Positions 1-9,966 of a stretch of DNA of 63,767 nucleotides are shown in pieces; positions within the stretch are counted from its first letter, which is position 1, and each line of letters opens with the position of its first letter. This DNA is from a virus (Duplodnaviria > Caudoviricetes), in IMG/VR virus record IMGVR_UViG_3300005713_000005, positions 1-63,767 of that record. One strand, 5' to 3'. The notes under the pieces were generated by a model, which was not told the DNA's origin, ran no database searches, and saw only the letters and a program-made list of their open reading frames with translations. The translations under genes were made by a program, and so were the position numbers.

Positions 1-21
1 GGTGCCAATGGCGCGCGGTAA
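1..21 (+). other. cosN left end: 13-nt terminal repeat GGTGCCAATGGCG plus right flank CGCGGTAA
   Basis: 1-13 is identical to 63755-63767. Flanks TTACCGGG / CGCGGTAA are near-symmetric. Lies directly upstream of the small terminase gene. Confidence 0.8.
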
Positions 22-76
22 TGCGTAATTTTTGGGTATTCTAGGGCCTCAGCAGTTTGTCAAACAAAATTGAACG

Positions 77-601
77 ATGAGTGACGACACGCCGGAAACG
101 GCGGAAGTGCATCCAATCGCGCAGGGAATTCACCTGTCGATTTCATCGATCGCGGCCGAGTTCGGGATGACTCGCGAGACGGTGTCCCGCCGCATTGCGG
201 ATTCGATGCTGACGCCGTCGGGGGAGACCCGCGGCTACCCGGTGTATCGCCTGAAGCAGGCTCTGCAGGTCCTGCTAGTGCTCGGTCCGGACGGCAAGCC
301 GGATCCGGATCGCATGGAGCCGGTGCGCCGGCGCATGCACTACCAGGCCGAGAACGAAAAGCTTGATCTACTACGTCGGCAGGGCGAGGTGATTCCCAAG
401 CTTGAGGTCGAAGCGGAGGTCGCACGGATTCTGAAGGCGCTGGTGCAGGGGCTGGATACGCTGACCGATCGCATTGAGCGCGACTGCGGGCTGTCATCGG
501 GGCAGCTTGAAGCGATCGACAAGGCTGTTTCTGAGATCCGCGATGAGATGCACAGCGCGCTGACGGCGCCGGAGGTCGGCTCTGTACGCACAAGCGCATG
601 A
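77..601 (+). CDS. terminase small subunit (Nu1/DUF1441-like)
   Basis: N-terminal HTH (SISSIAAEFGMTRETVSRRI), C-terminal coiled coil, first gene after cos. Confidence 0.8.
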   Translation: MSDDTPETAEVHPIAQGIHLSISSIAAEFGMTRETVSRRIADSMLTPSGETRGYPVYRLKQALQVLLVLGPDGKPDPDRMEPVRRRMHYQAENEKLDLLRRQGEVIPKLEVEAEVARILKALVQGLDTLTDRIERDCGLSSGQLEAIDKAVSEIRDEMHSALTAPEVGSVRTSA

Positions 602-2705
602 GGTCACGCGGCAGACCGCGGCGCTGCTGCTTCAGTCGACGTTGACGCCTGCCGAGGCTGCGTCTGAGTACCTGAAGGACCACAGTCCGCCCTGGGATGC
701 GTCGGTCGCGCCAATGATGATTGAGCCGCTGAACAATCTGGCATCGCGGCGCTACACCGAGATTGTGTTCATTGGGCCAGCGCGATCGTCGAAGACGATG
801 ACGTTCATCATCGGCGGCATTTCGTATGTCGTGAAGTGCGCGCCGGGTGACTTTCAGATCACCACGATGAGCAAGGAGGCGGCGCGCGACTTCTCGCAGA
901 CCGATCTCGATCGCGCAATCCGGAATGCGGCAGCGCTTCGAGACGCGCTCTCGCCGCGAGCACAGGACGACAACACGTTCGACAAGGTGTTTCGCTCTGG
1001 CATCCGCGGAAAGATCGCGTGGCCAGCGGCGTCTCAACTCGCTGGCAAGACGCTGCGTTATGCGTTCTCCACCGACTACGACCGGCCGGAGAACCGCGAC
1101 AACGTCGATGGCGACGGCCCGCTGTGGGATCAGCAGACGAAGCGCGTGCAGACGTACATGTCACGCGGCAAGAGCGTCGCGGAGAGCTCGCCGAAGGCTG
1201 AGTACATGGATCCGAAGTGGGAGCCGCGAACGCCGCACGAGGCGCCGCCGGCGAAAGGGATCCTTGAGCTCTATAACCGCGGCACGCGTGCTCGCTGGTA
1301 CTGGGCATGCAAAGGCTGTGGCGCTCGGTTCGAAGCGGCGCCGGGACTGTCGCTGTTCCAGTTGCCGGCTATGAAAGAGCTTGAGCGACTGGTGCGCGAG
1401 TCAGATCCGTTGGCGCTGGCCGAGGAATACGCGCGCGTGGCCTGTGTCCGCTGTGGGCAGATCCACACTATGGAGGATCGGCGCGCACTGAACCTTGGCG
1501 GCAAGTGGCTGCATGACGGGGAACGCTTTCTGCCTGATGACTCAATCACCGGCGAGCGGCGGGCAACGAAGATGGTGAGCTATTGGCAGGGCGGTGCGGC
1601 GGCGGCGTTTCAATCCTGGCCCGAGATGTTGATGAAATACTTTCAGGCGCTCGGTGGCTTTCTGGCGAACGGCGAAGAGAACGCGCTTCGATTCACTACC
1701 AACACTGACCAGGCGGCACCGTATCTGCCGCGCGTAGCGCAGAACCGTCGGAGCATGGAGGAGTTGAAGAACCGCGCCGAGGACTGGCCGAAGGGCACAT
1801 GCCCCGAGGGCGTGCGGTTCTTGATTGCTGCCGTCGACGTGCAGACGAATCGGTTCGTGGTGCATGTGTTCGGCTGGGGCGTGAAGCTCGAAGGCTGGTT
1901 GATTGATCGCTTCAAGATCTCATCCAGCAAGCGCGTTGAAGGCGAGCGCACGGCGGCTTTGGATCCAGCGGCGTACCTCGAAGACTGGGAGCTTCTGATC
2001 ACTGAGGTGATGCAGAAGCGCTACGCCGTGGAAGGCGCGACGGTGAAGCTGCCGATCCGATTGACCATGTGCGACTCGGGCGGTAAGGCTGGCGTGACAT
2101 CGAAAGCGTATGCGTTCTTTCGTCGGCTGAAGAAGGAGCGCAAGCATCGACGCTTTCGACTGGTGAAGGGCGCGAAGCCGCTGGATGCTCCGACCGCGCG
2201 GGTCTCATATCCCGATGCGCAGGACCGAAAGGACCGAAAGGAAGGCGGTCGCGGTGACGTGCCGGTGTGGATGCTGAATACGAACGTGCTGAAGGATGCC
2301 GTGATGGGCGACCTCGCACGCATCGAAGTTGGGCCAGGTTACTTCCACATTCCGAAGTGGATCGAGAAGGACTTCTATCTTGAGCTCGCAGCCGAAGAGA
2401 GAACTGACAAAGGTTGGAAGAACGAGAACAAGAATCCGAACGAAGCGCTTGACCTGCATGTGTATGCGCGCGCGGGCTGCAAGATAATGCGGGCCGATCG
2501 GATCAACTGGGCGAATCCGCCGAGTTGGGCGCGCCCAGTTTCTGACCAGGCTCTTGCAGCAGACCCGGAGCCAGTGCTGACGGGCGGCGATGATGACGAT
2601 GAGCCGCCACCGCCATCCGCGCGGCCGGTAGTTCAACAGCAGCGCCAGCCGAAGCACTGGTCGCAAATGCCGCCGAAGCGAAAGGGCTGGGCCAAACGAT
2701 GGTGA
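582..2705 (+). CDS. terminase large subunit, lambda gpA family (probable CTG start at 582)
   Basis: Walker A-like GPARSSKT, ESSP motif, CxxC pairs, nuclease motifs AAVDVQ, DSGG and NEALDL; GGAGG at 571-575. Confidence 0.92.
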   Translation: MYAQAHEVTRQTAALLLQSTLTPAEAASEYLKDHSPPWDASVAPMMIEPLNNLASRRYTEIVFIGPARSSKTMTFIIGGISYVVKCAPGDFQITTMSKEAARDFSQTDLDRAIRNAAALRDALSPRAQDDNTFDKVFRSGIRGKIAWPAASQLAGKTLRYAFSTDYDRPENRDNVDGDGPLWDQQTKRVQTYMSRGKSVAESSPKAEYMDPKWEPRTPHEAPPAKGILELYNRGTRARWYWACKGCGARFEAAPGLSLFQLPAMKELERLVRESDPLALAEEYARVACVRCGQIHTMEDRRALNLGGKWLHDGERFLPDDSITGERRATKMVSYWQGGAAAAFQSWPEMLMKYFQALGGFLANGEENALRFTTNTDQAAPYLPRVAQNRRSMEELKNRAEDWPKGTCPEGVRFLIAAVDVQTNRFVVHVFGWGVKLEGWLIDRFKISSSKRVEGERTAALDPAAYLEDWELLITEVMQKRYAVEGATVKLPIRLTMCDSGGKAGVTSKAYAFFRRLKKERKHRRFRLVKGAKPLDAPTARVSYPDAQDRKDRKEGGRGDVPVWMLNTNVLKDAVMGDLARIEVGPGYFHIPKWIEKDFYLELAAEERTDKGWKNENKNPNEALDLHVYARAGCKIMRADRINWANPPSWARPVSDQALAADPEPVLTGGDDDDEPPPPSARPVVQQQRQPKHWSQMPPKRKGWAKRW

Positions 2706-2718
2706 AGGGGAAACGACC

Positions 2719-2961
2719 GTGAATGAGCGAACAAAGATTGCAAAGCTTCGGGTAGCAGAGCCTCTGCTAATCAGGGCGCTTGGGCTTCCTGAAGATACAA
2801 AGATTCGAGCGATTGAGTTTGGCGACTATGTTGGTGAGCTTCGATTGATAATCGAACAGGGTCATCTTCAAGAGTTGGCTCCTGGTGCTGCGATCCCGGT
2901 CGTCAGTGCAGAGTTCTCTCGTGACCAATACGGCTTGGTCAGGTTCGAGGGCTGGAAATGA
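2719..2961 (+). CDS. hypothetical protein
   Basis: GAAGGGGAAA RBS; overlaps next start. Confidence 0.65.
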   Translation: MNERTKIAKLRVAEPLLIRALGLPEDTKIRAIEFGDYVGELRLIIEQGHLQELAPGAAIPVVSAEFSRDQYGLVRFEGWK

Positions 2962-3494
2962 CAGCGTCGAAGATCCCATCAGAGTTGATTGCCGGTGACA
3001 CATGGGCATGGACGACCGAGTACGGCGATTACCCAGCGCCGACGTGGGCGGCGACTGTCTACCTGCGCAGCGCTGGCAGCAAGACGAGCTTTGCCGCTGT
3101 CGCAAATGGATCCTCGCAGTCGTTCAGCGTGCCAGCGGCAACGACTGCGGACATCGCGCCCGGCCGGTATCAGTGGACGACTCGCGTCAGTGATGGCGTC
3201 AACGTGTTCACGGTCGACAGTGGATGGGTCGAAGTCAAAGCGAATCCGGCAATCGCTGGCAACTACGACCCGAGATCACCTGCGCGCAAGTTGCTGGATG
3301 CTGTACAGGCAACGCTCCAACAAAAGGCGAGCGCCGATCAACTCGCTATGAGCATCGGCGGGCGCTCAATCTCTCGTATCCCATTGCCAGAGCTGCTGGA
3401 TTGGGAGACGCGATTGAAAACTCAGGTTGCGACCGAGGAAGCCGGATCGAAGTCTGGACTTGGCCGCAACATTGGCGTGAGGTTCAAGCGATGA
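2958..3494 (+). CDS. head completion / head-tail joining protein (gpW-like C-terminus)
   Basis: Between terL and portal; MSIGGRSISRIPLPEL motif. Confidence 0.65.
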   Translation: MTASKIPSELIAGDTWAWTTEYGDYPAPTWAATVYLRSAGSKTSFAAVANGSSQSFSVPAATTADIAPGRYQWTTRVSDGVNVFTVDSGWVEVKANPAIAGNYDPRSPARKLLDAVQATLQQKASADQLAMSIGGRSISRIPLPELLDWETRLKTQVATEEAGSKSGLGRNIGVRFKR

Positions 3495-5170
3495 CAGCCT
3501 GGTACGAAACGCCGCTTGGGAAGGCACGCATCACAGAGATCGCTGAGGCGAAGGCTGAGCGCGAGCGAATTGCTGAACAAGCTGCAATCGTTCAGCGCGA
3601 GAACGAAGAGAAGAAACGTGAGCGCGTGACTGCTGGTCGAATTGCGCGCCGCATGTATGCGGCTGCGAAAACCAATCGACTCACCAGCGATTGGCGGGGC
3701 GATGATTCGAGTGCCGATGCCGAACTGGTCTCAAGTCTTCGCCAGCTTCGTGGCCGATCCCGCCAACTGTGTCGCGATTTCTCATATGCCAAGCGTGCGA
3801 AGCGGCTGATCGTCAACAACGTGATCGGGCCGAACGGCATCGGCATGCAGGCGCAGGTCAAGACGAATGGCGGCGATCTGATCACGCGCATCAACGACGA
3901 TATCGAAGACGCATGGGACGAGTGGTGCGCGGCGGACTCCTGCCACATTGGCGGGCGGTTGCACTTCACTGCGTTTGAGCGGCAGTTGATGGCGCAGATC
4001 TTCGAAGCTGGCGAGGTGTTCGTGCGGCTGCATTACCGCGCGGCCGGTCGGTCGAAGATTCCACTGACGCTTGAGCTGATCGAATCGGAGCGATTGGCTG
4101 ACGATTACTTCAGCCCGGTCACTGCACTCGGGGCCGGAAACCATATCCGCATGGGTGTGGAGATGGACCGCTATTACCGGCCGCAGGCGTACTGGTTTCG
4201 ATCGCGCCATCCTGGCGATGTGCGATGGCCGAACCAAGGTCGTGATGAGTATGAGCGCGTGCCTGCGGCAGAGGTGATACACCTCGCGCTCGTTGAGCGT
4301 TGGCCGCAGACACGCGGTGAACCGTGGATGCACGCCGCCGCTCGCCGACTCAATGATATGGACGGCTACAGCGAGGCCGAGATCGTCAAGGCCCGAGCGC
4401 AGGCAAACGTCGGCGGCTTCATTGAAACGCCGGAGGATGTCGAAAGTTTCGGCGAGTTGATGGACGACGGCAGCGCTGAGATGGAAACAGAGGCGGGCGT
4501 GTTCAAGCGCCTGAACCCCGGCGAAGAAGCGAAGATGCCGCCGGCCACTGCGCCGAACAGCGCCTTCGCTGAGTTCATGCGTGCGATGCTGCGCGAGGTT
4601 TCGGCGGGCGCCGGCCCGAGCTATGAGGCGATCTCTCGCGACTACTCGCAGAGCAATTATTCATCGTCGCGCATGGGCATCCTGGATGATCGCGACGAAT
4701 ACCGCTTTATTCAGTGGTTCATGATTCGCGACTTCCGCCAGCGTTTGCATCCAGTCTGGTTGCAGCAGGCAATGTTCGCCCAACGCATCACAACGATCAC
4801 TCTCGAAGCGTATGCGCTGAATCCTCGCAAGTTCGAGGCCGTGAAGTACAAGCCGCGCGGTTGGACGTGGATTGATCCAACGACCGAAGTTGATGCATAC
4901 CTCAAAGCAATTGAGGGTGGACTCACGACGCTAACCGATGTGATCGCTGCGACAGCGGATGGCAGAGATCTCGAAGAGATCTTGACGACACGCGCATATG
5001 AGCTTGAGCAGATGAAAGCAAAGAAGCTCGTGTTCACGACGTCGCCCGAGGTCTATGCGAAGGAAGACAAGCCAGCATCAGAGCCAACCCCGCCGACTGG
5101 TGGCGAAGGTAATCAACAATCAACCAACACGGACCCGGCCGCGCGGGTGCGTCCAATTCGGAGGGTATGA
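3491..5170 (+). CDS. portal protein, lambda family
   Basis: LRGRSRQL, QTRGEPW, DYSQSNYSSSR and WTWIDP motifs; ATG at 3491 overlaps previous stop. Confidence 0.93.
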   Translation: MTAWYETPLGKARITEIAEAKAERERIAEQAAIVQRENEEKKRERVTAGRIARRMYAAAKTNRLTSDWRGDDSSADAELVSSLRQLRGRSRQLCRDFSYAKRAKRLIVNNVIGPNGIGMQAQVKTNGGDLITRINDDIEDAWDEWCAADSCHIGGRLHFTAFERQLMAQIFEAGEVFVRLHYRAAGRSKIPLTLELIESERLADDYFSPVTALGAGNHIRMGVEMDRYYRPQAYWFRSRHPGDVRWPNQGRDEYERVPAAEVIHLALVERWPQTRGEPWMHAAARRLNDMDGYSEAEIVKARAQANVGGFIETPEDVESFGELMDDGSAEMETEAGVFKRLNPGEEAKMPPATAPNSAFAEFMRAMLREVSAGAGPSYEAISRDYSQSNYSSSRMGILDDRDEYRFIQWFMIRDFRQRLHPVWLQQAMFAQRITTITLEAYALNPRKFEAVKYKPRGWTWIDPTTEVDAYLKAIEGGLTTLTDVIAATADGRDLEEILTTRAYELEQMKAKKLVFTTSPEVYAKEDKPASEPTPPTGGEGNQQSTNTDPAARVRPIRRV

Positions 5171-7149
5171 GAATGTCCGACGCAGCGAAGAAGCAGCTGC
5201 CCGATCAACTGCCATTACAGGAACGGCATCTGCAGATCTCGGCGGAAGACTGCCGCATGGTGAAAGGTGATGACGGTCACTATCGCTTCAGCTTCCCGGT
5301 CTCGTCCGAGACTCCGGTGAATCGCTGGTATGGCGATGAGGTTCTGTCCCACGAGGCCTCTGCCATTCGTGTTGACCGCCTCAGTCGCGGCGCTGTGATG
5401 CATCTCTTCAACCACAACACCGACGATCCGCGCGGTGTTGTCGAAGGATACAGAGTTCAGGGCAAGCGCCTCTGGGTCGATGTGAAACTCTTCAAGACCG
5501 CGAAGGCGGAAGAGTTGGCAACGATGATCGACGGCGGTTTCCGCAATGTCTCGTTGCTCTATGCGATCCACGTCACCGAAGAGGACGTGAAGAAGCACCG
5601 ATATACGCATACAGACTGGGAGCCTTACGAGGTTTCCAGTGTCACGATCCCGGCCGACGCAACCGTCGGCATTGGCAGAAGTCAGGAGCGGTCAGGGCAG
5701 TTCGCTTTGCGAAAGGTCGTGATCGCCGATGAGAGTTCGGAGCAAGAGTCGATTCAACAACCAACGGCGCAACCCGCCGAAATCAGGAGTACAGCAGTGG
5801 AGAACAACACCACCGCCGCGGCGGGCGCAAACGCCGAACAGCAGGCAGCACAACAGGCGGCGCAGGTGGCAGCGCGCGCAGCAGGTGGCGGCGCTCCGCC
5901 GACTGGTAGTGCACTGGCGTTGGAGAACGGTCGCCGTCAGGCGATCGTGAATCTCTGTCAGGCCAATGGCATCGCCGACAATATTCGTGACCTCTGGGTG
6001 ACGAGCGGCGCAGATCTGGAAACGGTGTCCAGCGAAATGCTCGCGATCATGCAGAAGCGCGGCGAAGCAACTCCAAAGTCACCAGCGATGCTGGGGCTGT
6101 CTGCAGCTGAGGCGAATCGCTTCAGCATGCGTAAGGCCGTGCAAGCCATCGCCGACAATACATGGACCGCAGCCAGCTTCGAGGCTGAATGCTCGCGCGA
6201 GATCGCGAAGAAGATCGGCCGTACGCCGGAGCCGAACAAGTTCTTCGTGCCATACGAAGTTCAGCAGCGTCAGAACGAAACCCAGATCGAAATGCTCGCG
6301 CGTATGCTGATGAAGCGCGATCTGCTCGTCGCTGGTTCGGCTGGCGTGTTGGTTGAGACCAGCAACTGGAGCTTCGTCGAGATCCTGCGCAACATCACGG
6401 CGCTGTATGCGATGGGCGTCACGCGGTTGACGGGTCTGTCGGGCAACGTGGCGATTCCGAAGCAGAGCACCGCCGCCACGCCGTATTGGCTGGGCACGGA
6501 GCAGACTGCGATCACCGAGAGTCAGCCTGGCTTCGTGCAGATCAACATGTCGCCGAAGAGCATCGGCGGCTATACCGAAGTCAGCCGTCAGTTGCTGATC
6601 CAGTCGAACCCGTCGGCGGAAGGCCTGATCATGGCCGACCTCGCAGCCGTGATCGGCATCGAGATCGATCGCGTTGGCCTGAACGGCTCAGGCACTGCCG
6701 GTCAGCCGCTGGGAATCCTGAACACGAGCGGCATCGGATCGGTGACCGGCACGTCGATGGACTATGCGGACATTGTCGAATTCCAAACCGACACTGCCAC
6801 CGGCAATGCGCTGTTCGATGGCGCTGGCTATCTCACCACGCCGGCCGTTGCGGGTCTGTTCAAGACTCGCGTGAAATTCGCGAACACCGCCTCTCCGATC
6901 TGGGAAGGCAAGCTCACGAACGGCGTGGTCGACGGCTACCGTGCGATGTCCACCAACAACATGCCCGCAGCGTCGATGCTGTTCGGCGACTTCTCGAAGA
7001 CGGTCATTGCCGAGTGGGGCGTGATCGAAATCGAGGTGAACCCGTACGCCAACTTCCAAGCCGGCATTGTCGGTATCCGGGCAATGGCACTGGTCGACGT
7101 CGCGGTCCGCTACGCGCAGGCGTACTCGGCGGCCAACACAATCACCTGA
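5167..7149 (+). CDS. HK97-type prohead protease fused to major capsid protein
   Basis: LFNHN and YEVSSVTIPAD protease motifs, Ala/Gln-rich linker, capsid motifs GSGTAGQPLGILN and LFGDFS. Confidence 0.9.
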   Translation: MRMSDAAKKQLPDQLPLQERHLQISAEDCRMVKGDDGHYRFSFPVSSETPVNRWYGDEVLSHEASAIRVDRLSRGAVMHLFNHNTDDPRGVVEGYRVQGKRLWVDVKLFKTAKAEELATMIDGGFRNVSLLYAIHVTEEDVKKHRYTHTDWEPYEVSSVTIPADATVGIGRSQERSGQFALRKVVIADESSEQESIQQPTAQPAEIRSTAVENNTTAAAGANAEQQAAQQAAQVAARAAGGGAPPTGSALALENGRRQAIVNLCQANGIADNIRDLWVTSGADLETVSSEMLAIMQKRGEATPKSPAMLGLSAAEANRFSMRKAVQAIADNTWTAASFEAECSREIAKKIGRTPEPNKFFVPYEVQQRQNETQIEMLARMLMKRDLLVAGSAGVLVETSNWSFVEILRNITALYAMGVTRLTGLSGNVAIPKQSTAATPYWLGTEQTAITESQPGFVQINMSPKSIGGYTEVSRQLLIQSNPSAEGLIMADLAAVIGIEIDRVGLNGSGTAGQPLGILNTSGIGSVTGTSMDYADIVEFQTDTATGNALFDGAGYLTTPAVAGLFKTRVKFANTASPIWEGKLTNGVVDGYRAMSTNNMPAASMLFGDFSKTVIAEWGVIEIEVNPYANFQAGIVGIRAMALVDVAVRYAQAYSAANTIT

Positions 7150-7229
7150 TTTCACAAACTCACAAACCATCACATCAAAACCTCACGCGCCGGCCACTTT
7201 GAGCTGGCGCATTCTTGGAGCAAACGAAA

Positions 7230-7619
7230 ATGAATCAGCAGCAGCAATCGTTGATGAACACCGCGCCGGTGCGCGTGCGTGCAACGAAAGGTTTTTACGC
7301 AAACGTGAATGGCGCCTTCGGTGTGGTCAATCCTGGCGACGTGGTCGATCTCGATCGCGGCATCGCTTCGACTGTGCTGAACAAGATCGAGGTCGTTGCG
7401 CCGGACACGAAGCTTGTGCGCAACACCAGTTATCTGCCAGAACGCAAGCGCAATCCGAAGCCGGATTCAGCGACTCAGATCGCTACGCTGACGGCTGCCG
7501 TCGAAGCTCTGACGCAAACGGTCGCGATGCTCGTCACAGCGCAGCGAGCGGCGTCGGCCCCGAGCGCGCCGCAGACCGGCAGCGATCAGCCGACGGCCGG
7601 CAGCAGCGGTAAGAAGTAA
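7230..7619 (+). CDS. head-associated hypothetical protein
   Basis: Follows capsid gene; GGAG upstream. Confidence 0.55.
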   Translation: MNQQQQSLMNTAPVRVRATKGFYANVNGAFGVVNPGDVVDLDRGIASTVLNKIEVVAPDTKLVRNTSYLPERKRNPKPDSATQIATLTAAVEALTQTVAMLVTAQRAASAPSAPQTGSDQPTAGSSGKK

Positions 7620-7668
7620 CGCAGCCACCAGGAATCACACACGGATTTTTCATTGAGGAGATTTTCCA

Positions 7669-8046
7669 ATGCTCACTAATAGGATCATGGATGCGGTGCT
7701 GAATATTCTGTCGCCGGTCAGTGCGGCGAATACCGCAGCGGCGACATCGGCGTGGATCGATGTCCGAGGATTTGAGGGCGATGTCGATGTGCTGCTGCAC
7801 ACCGGCGTGGTTGGTGGCGGCAGTGTCACGTGGTCGTTCCAGACTGCAACTGACAATGCCGGCACTGGCGCTCGCACCATCACTCCAAACAATGGAGCGC
7901 CGACGGTCGTGACCACAGCCAACATTCAGAAGGCGACTTTCGAAAGTCGCAACTTCGATGGATGGCTGCGCGTCACGGGAACGATCGTTACGGGCCCCGC
8001 TGTCGTCGGCCTGTCGGCCGTCGGCCGCAAGAAGTACGCGCCATAA
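7669..8046 (+). CDS. putative head decoration / accessory virion protein
   Basis: GAGGAG RBS; Thr/Ala/Val-rich beta protein in head module. Confidence 0.5.
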   Translation: MLTNRIMDAVLNILSPVSAANTAAATSAWIDVRGFEGDVDVLLHTGVVGGGSVTWSFQTATDNAGTGARTITPNNGAPTVVTTANIQKATFESRNFDGWLRVTGTIVTGPAVVGLSAVGRKKYAP

Positions 8047-8050
8047 TCGT

Positions 8051-8335
8051 ATGTTCGAAACCGACGCTGACCGCCTGGGGATTATCCAGTCACTGGGCGG
8101 TCAGCTCGTGTCCGTTGAGGATCGGCAGTTCTGGGCCATCTTCGACAATGGCTTTGTGCAGACCGGCTTCGGCGGCGTTGAGATTGAAAGCGTGTCGCCG
8201 CAGTTGCAGGCACGCACGAGCGATGTTGCATCACTCATCAAAGACGCGCAGATCGTCGTCGGTACAACGACGTATCGACTCAAGCGTAACGAGCCGGATG
8301 GAACTGGCATGAGTCTGCTTTTCCTGAGGGCGTGA
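8051..8335 (+). CDS. head-tail joining protein (gpFII-like)
   Basis: AIFDNGF and EPDGTGMSLLFL motifs; synteny. Confidence 0.7.
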   Translation: MFETDADRLGIIQSLGGQLVSVEDRQFWAIFDNGFVQTGFGGVEIESVSPQLQARTSDVASLIKDAQIVVGTTTYRLKRNEPDGTGMSLLFLRA

Positions 8336-8336
8336 G

Positions 8337-8795
8337 ATGCATCGAGCTGAGCAGATCCTTGAAGAGATCGTTGCGCGCATGCAGGCGTCGCCAACAATCG
8401 GTGTGGCGCCGGAGTGTGTGTTTAAGCACCGCACGCTTTCAATCGGCGAGAAGGATGGCGAGATTCCGGCCAACACGGTGAACGCAGGCGATGACGACCC
8501 CGCGCCCGAATACACCGAGATTAACGGCGAGATCGGCAGTCAGCTGGAAGTGCTCACTACTGCATATCGCACCGCGGACGATGAGGCGCTTTTGAAATCC
8601 CTGCTGTTCGAAGCACGCGCAGAGATTCAGAAAGCGATCAACCCTCCGCAGAAACTCGGGCTCAGCTTCGTGCTGATGGTCGAATACGGCGGCGCTTCCG
8701 CGATGGAGACCGACGCTGTCGGGGAAGTGTTTGCCGGCAAGTACGAATCGCGATGGCTGATCACTTATCACTCTGATGAAACAGATCCGAACTGA
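8337..8795 (+). CDS. tail terminator / completion protein
   Basis: HRAEQI N-terminus, ITYH...DP C-terminus; immediately before tail tube gene. Confidence 0.6.
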   Translation: MHRAEQILEEIVARMQASPTIGVAPECVFKHRTLSIGEKDGEIPANTVNAGDDDPAPEYTEINGEIGSQLEVLTTAYRTADDEALLKSLLFEARAEIQKAINPPQKLGLSFVLMVEYGGASAMETDAVGEVFAGKYESRWLITYHSDETDPN

Positions 8796-8813
8796 CCGCA
8801 AGAGGTAACGGCA

Positions 8814-9449
8814 ATGGCTGGTACGAAGACACAAGGCACCTTCATGCGGGTCTCTACCGCAGTTGGCGCTACGAAAACTATCACGGCGATCACCGCCGCG
8901 AATCCGCCCGTGGTAACGTCAACCGCGCACGCATTGACTGCTGGCACAATCATCCGAATCACTGGTGTTGTCGGCATGACAGAGCTCAATGGGCGCTGTT
9001 TCGTGGTGCGGAATCCGCTGACCAACTCTTTTGAGTTGGGCGGGATCGATGCGACCGGATATACGGCATATGCATCAGGCGGTATCGCCACTCCGCAGAC
9101 CATGACCGAACTTGGAAAGGTTACGGATGCTGAGCACTTTGATGGCCAAGCCGGCGATATCGACGTGACTCACTTACGAAGCACAGCAATGGAGAAGCAG
9201 CAGGGTTTGCCGGATCCTGGCGGCGGCAATTTCAACATGATCTGCGATAACACGGACGTCGGTCAGGCGCGAATGCGCACGCTGAGAGCGCAGCAAGTCG
9301 CCGGTGTTTTTTCGATCACTGCCACTGATGGCACAGTTTCCGCCTTTCCGGCATTCGTGAAGCAGTTCTCAGCGAGCTTCGCAGGGAACAATGTTATCCG
9401 CAGCGCCGCTGCCCTCAGCTATGAGTACGAGCCATCATGGTTCGCTTAA
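8814..9449 (+). CDS. major tail tube protein with FCCH-like insertion
   Basis: TITAITAANPPVVTSTAH, IDVTHLRSTAMEKQQGLPDPG. Confidence 0.8.
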   Translation: MAGTKTQGTFMRVSTAVGATKTITAITAANPPVVTSTAHALTAGTIIRITGVVGMTELNGRCFVVRNPLTNSFELGGIDATGYTAYASGGIATPQTMTELGKVTDAEHFDGQAGDIDVTHLRSTAMEKQQGLPDPGGGNFNMICDNTDVGQARMRTLRAQQVAGVFSITATDGTVSAFPAFVKQFSASFAGNNVIRSAAALSYEYEPSWFA

Positions 9450-9805
9450 CTCGAGAAGCGATTCTCGCAACGCAACTCGCGCGGGAGTTGGTTCATGTTC
9501 CAGAGTGGGGCGGCAGCGTCTACGTACAGGAAATGTCGGGCGAGCTTCGCGATTCCTGGGAGCATGCCGTCATGGCCAATCGGGATAATGCTCGAGCTAT
9601 CACCGTAGTTCGAACCACAGTCGACGAGAACGGTGTCCGCATTTTTAAGGATGAAGACGCAGAAGAGCTCGGCAAAAAATCCGCTGGCGCGTTATCTCGA
9701 ATCGCTGAGGTGTCGAGGCGTCTCAGTAAGCTCGGTGTTCAGGAGGTCGAAGACGTCAAGGGAAACTCCGAGCCCGACCGTTCAGACGACTCTGCTTCTG
9801 CATAG
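9437..9805 (+). CDS. tail assembly chaperone (gpG-like)
   Basis: VPEWGGSVYVQEMSG; between tube and tape measure genes. Confidence 0.8.
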   Translation: MVRLTREAILATQLARELVHVPEWGGSVYVQEMSGELRDSWEHAVMANRDNARAITVVRTTVDENGVRIFKDEDAEELGKKSAGALSRIAEVSRRLSKLGVQEVEDVKGNSEPDRSDDSASA

Positions 9806-9966
9806 CCGAGCGGTTGGGCAAAGACAGTGATGAAGTCCTTTCGTGGCCAGTCTCAAAAATCATCGAGTGGAAAGCACACTTCGAATTGCAAAGCGAATCA
9901 CCGGCAGTGGATGAAGAAGAGTTGGAAGACAAACTGAAGAGCGTTCTGATGCCGAGGAAGAAATGA
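9760..9966 (+). other. -1 programmed frameshift site G GGA AAC and gpGT extension
   Basis: In-phase XXXYYYZ at 9760-9766; the -1 frame is open to TGA at 9964-9966, overlapping the tape measure ATG. Confidence 0.8.

Noticed and set aside
60-1037. Long antisense ORFs (e.g. 60-1037, 47633-48427) and alternate-frame ORF 58039-59364
   Set aside because: Shadow frames of GC-rich genes with low-complexity Arg/Ala-rich translations and no motifs
3224-3490. Upstream extensions given by the ORF track (portal 3224, tail tip 14384, Q-like 53193, 54489)
   Set aside because: They overlap real genes or structured leaders; downstream ATGs have an RBS or stop-start coupling
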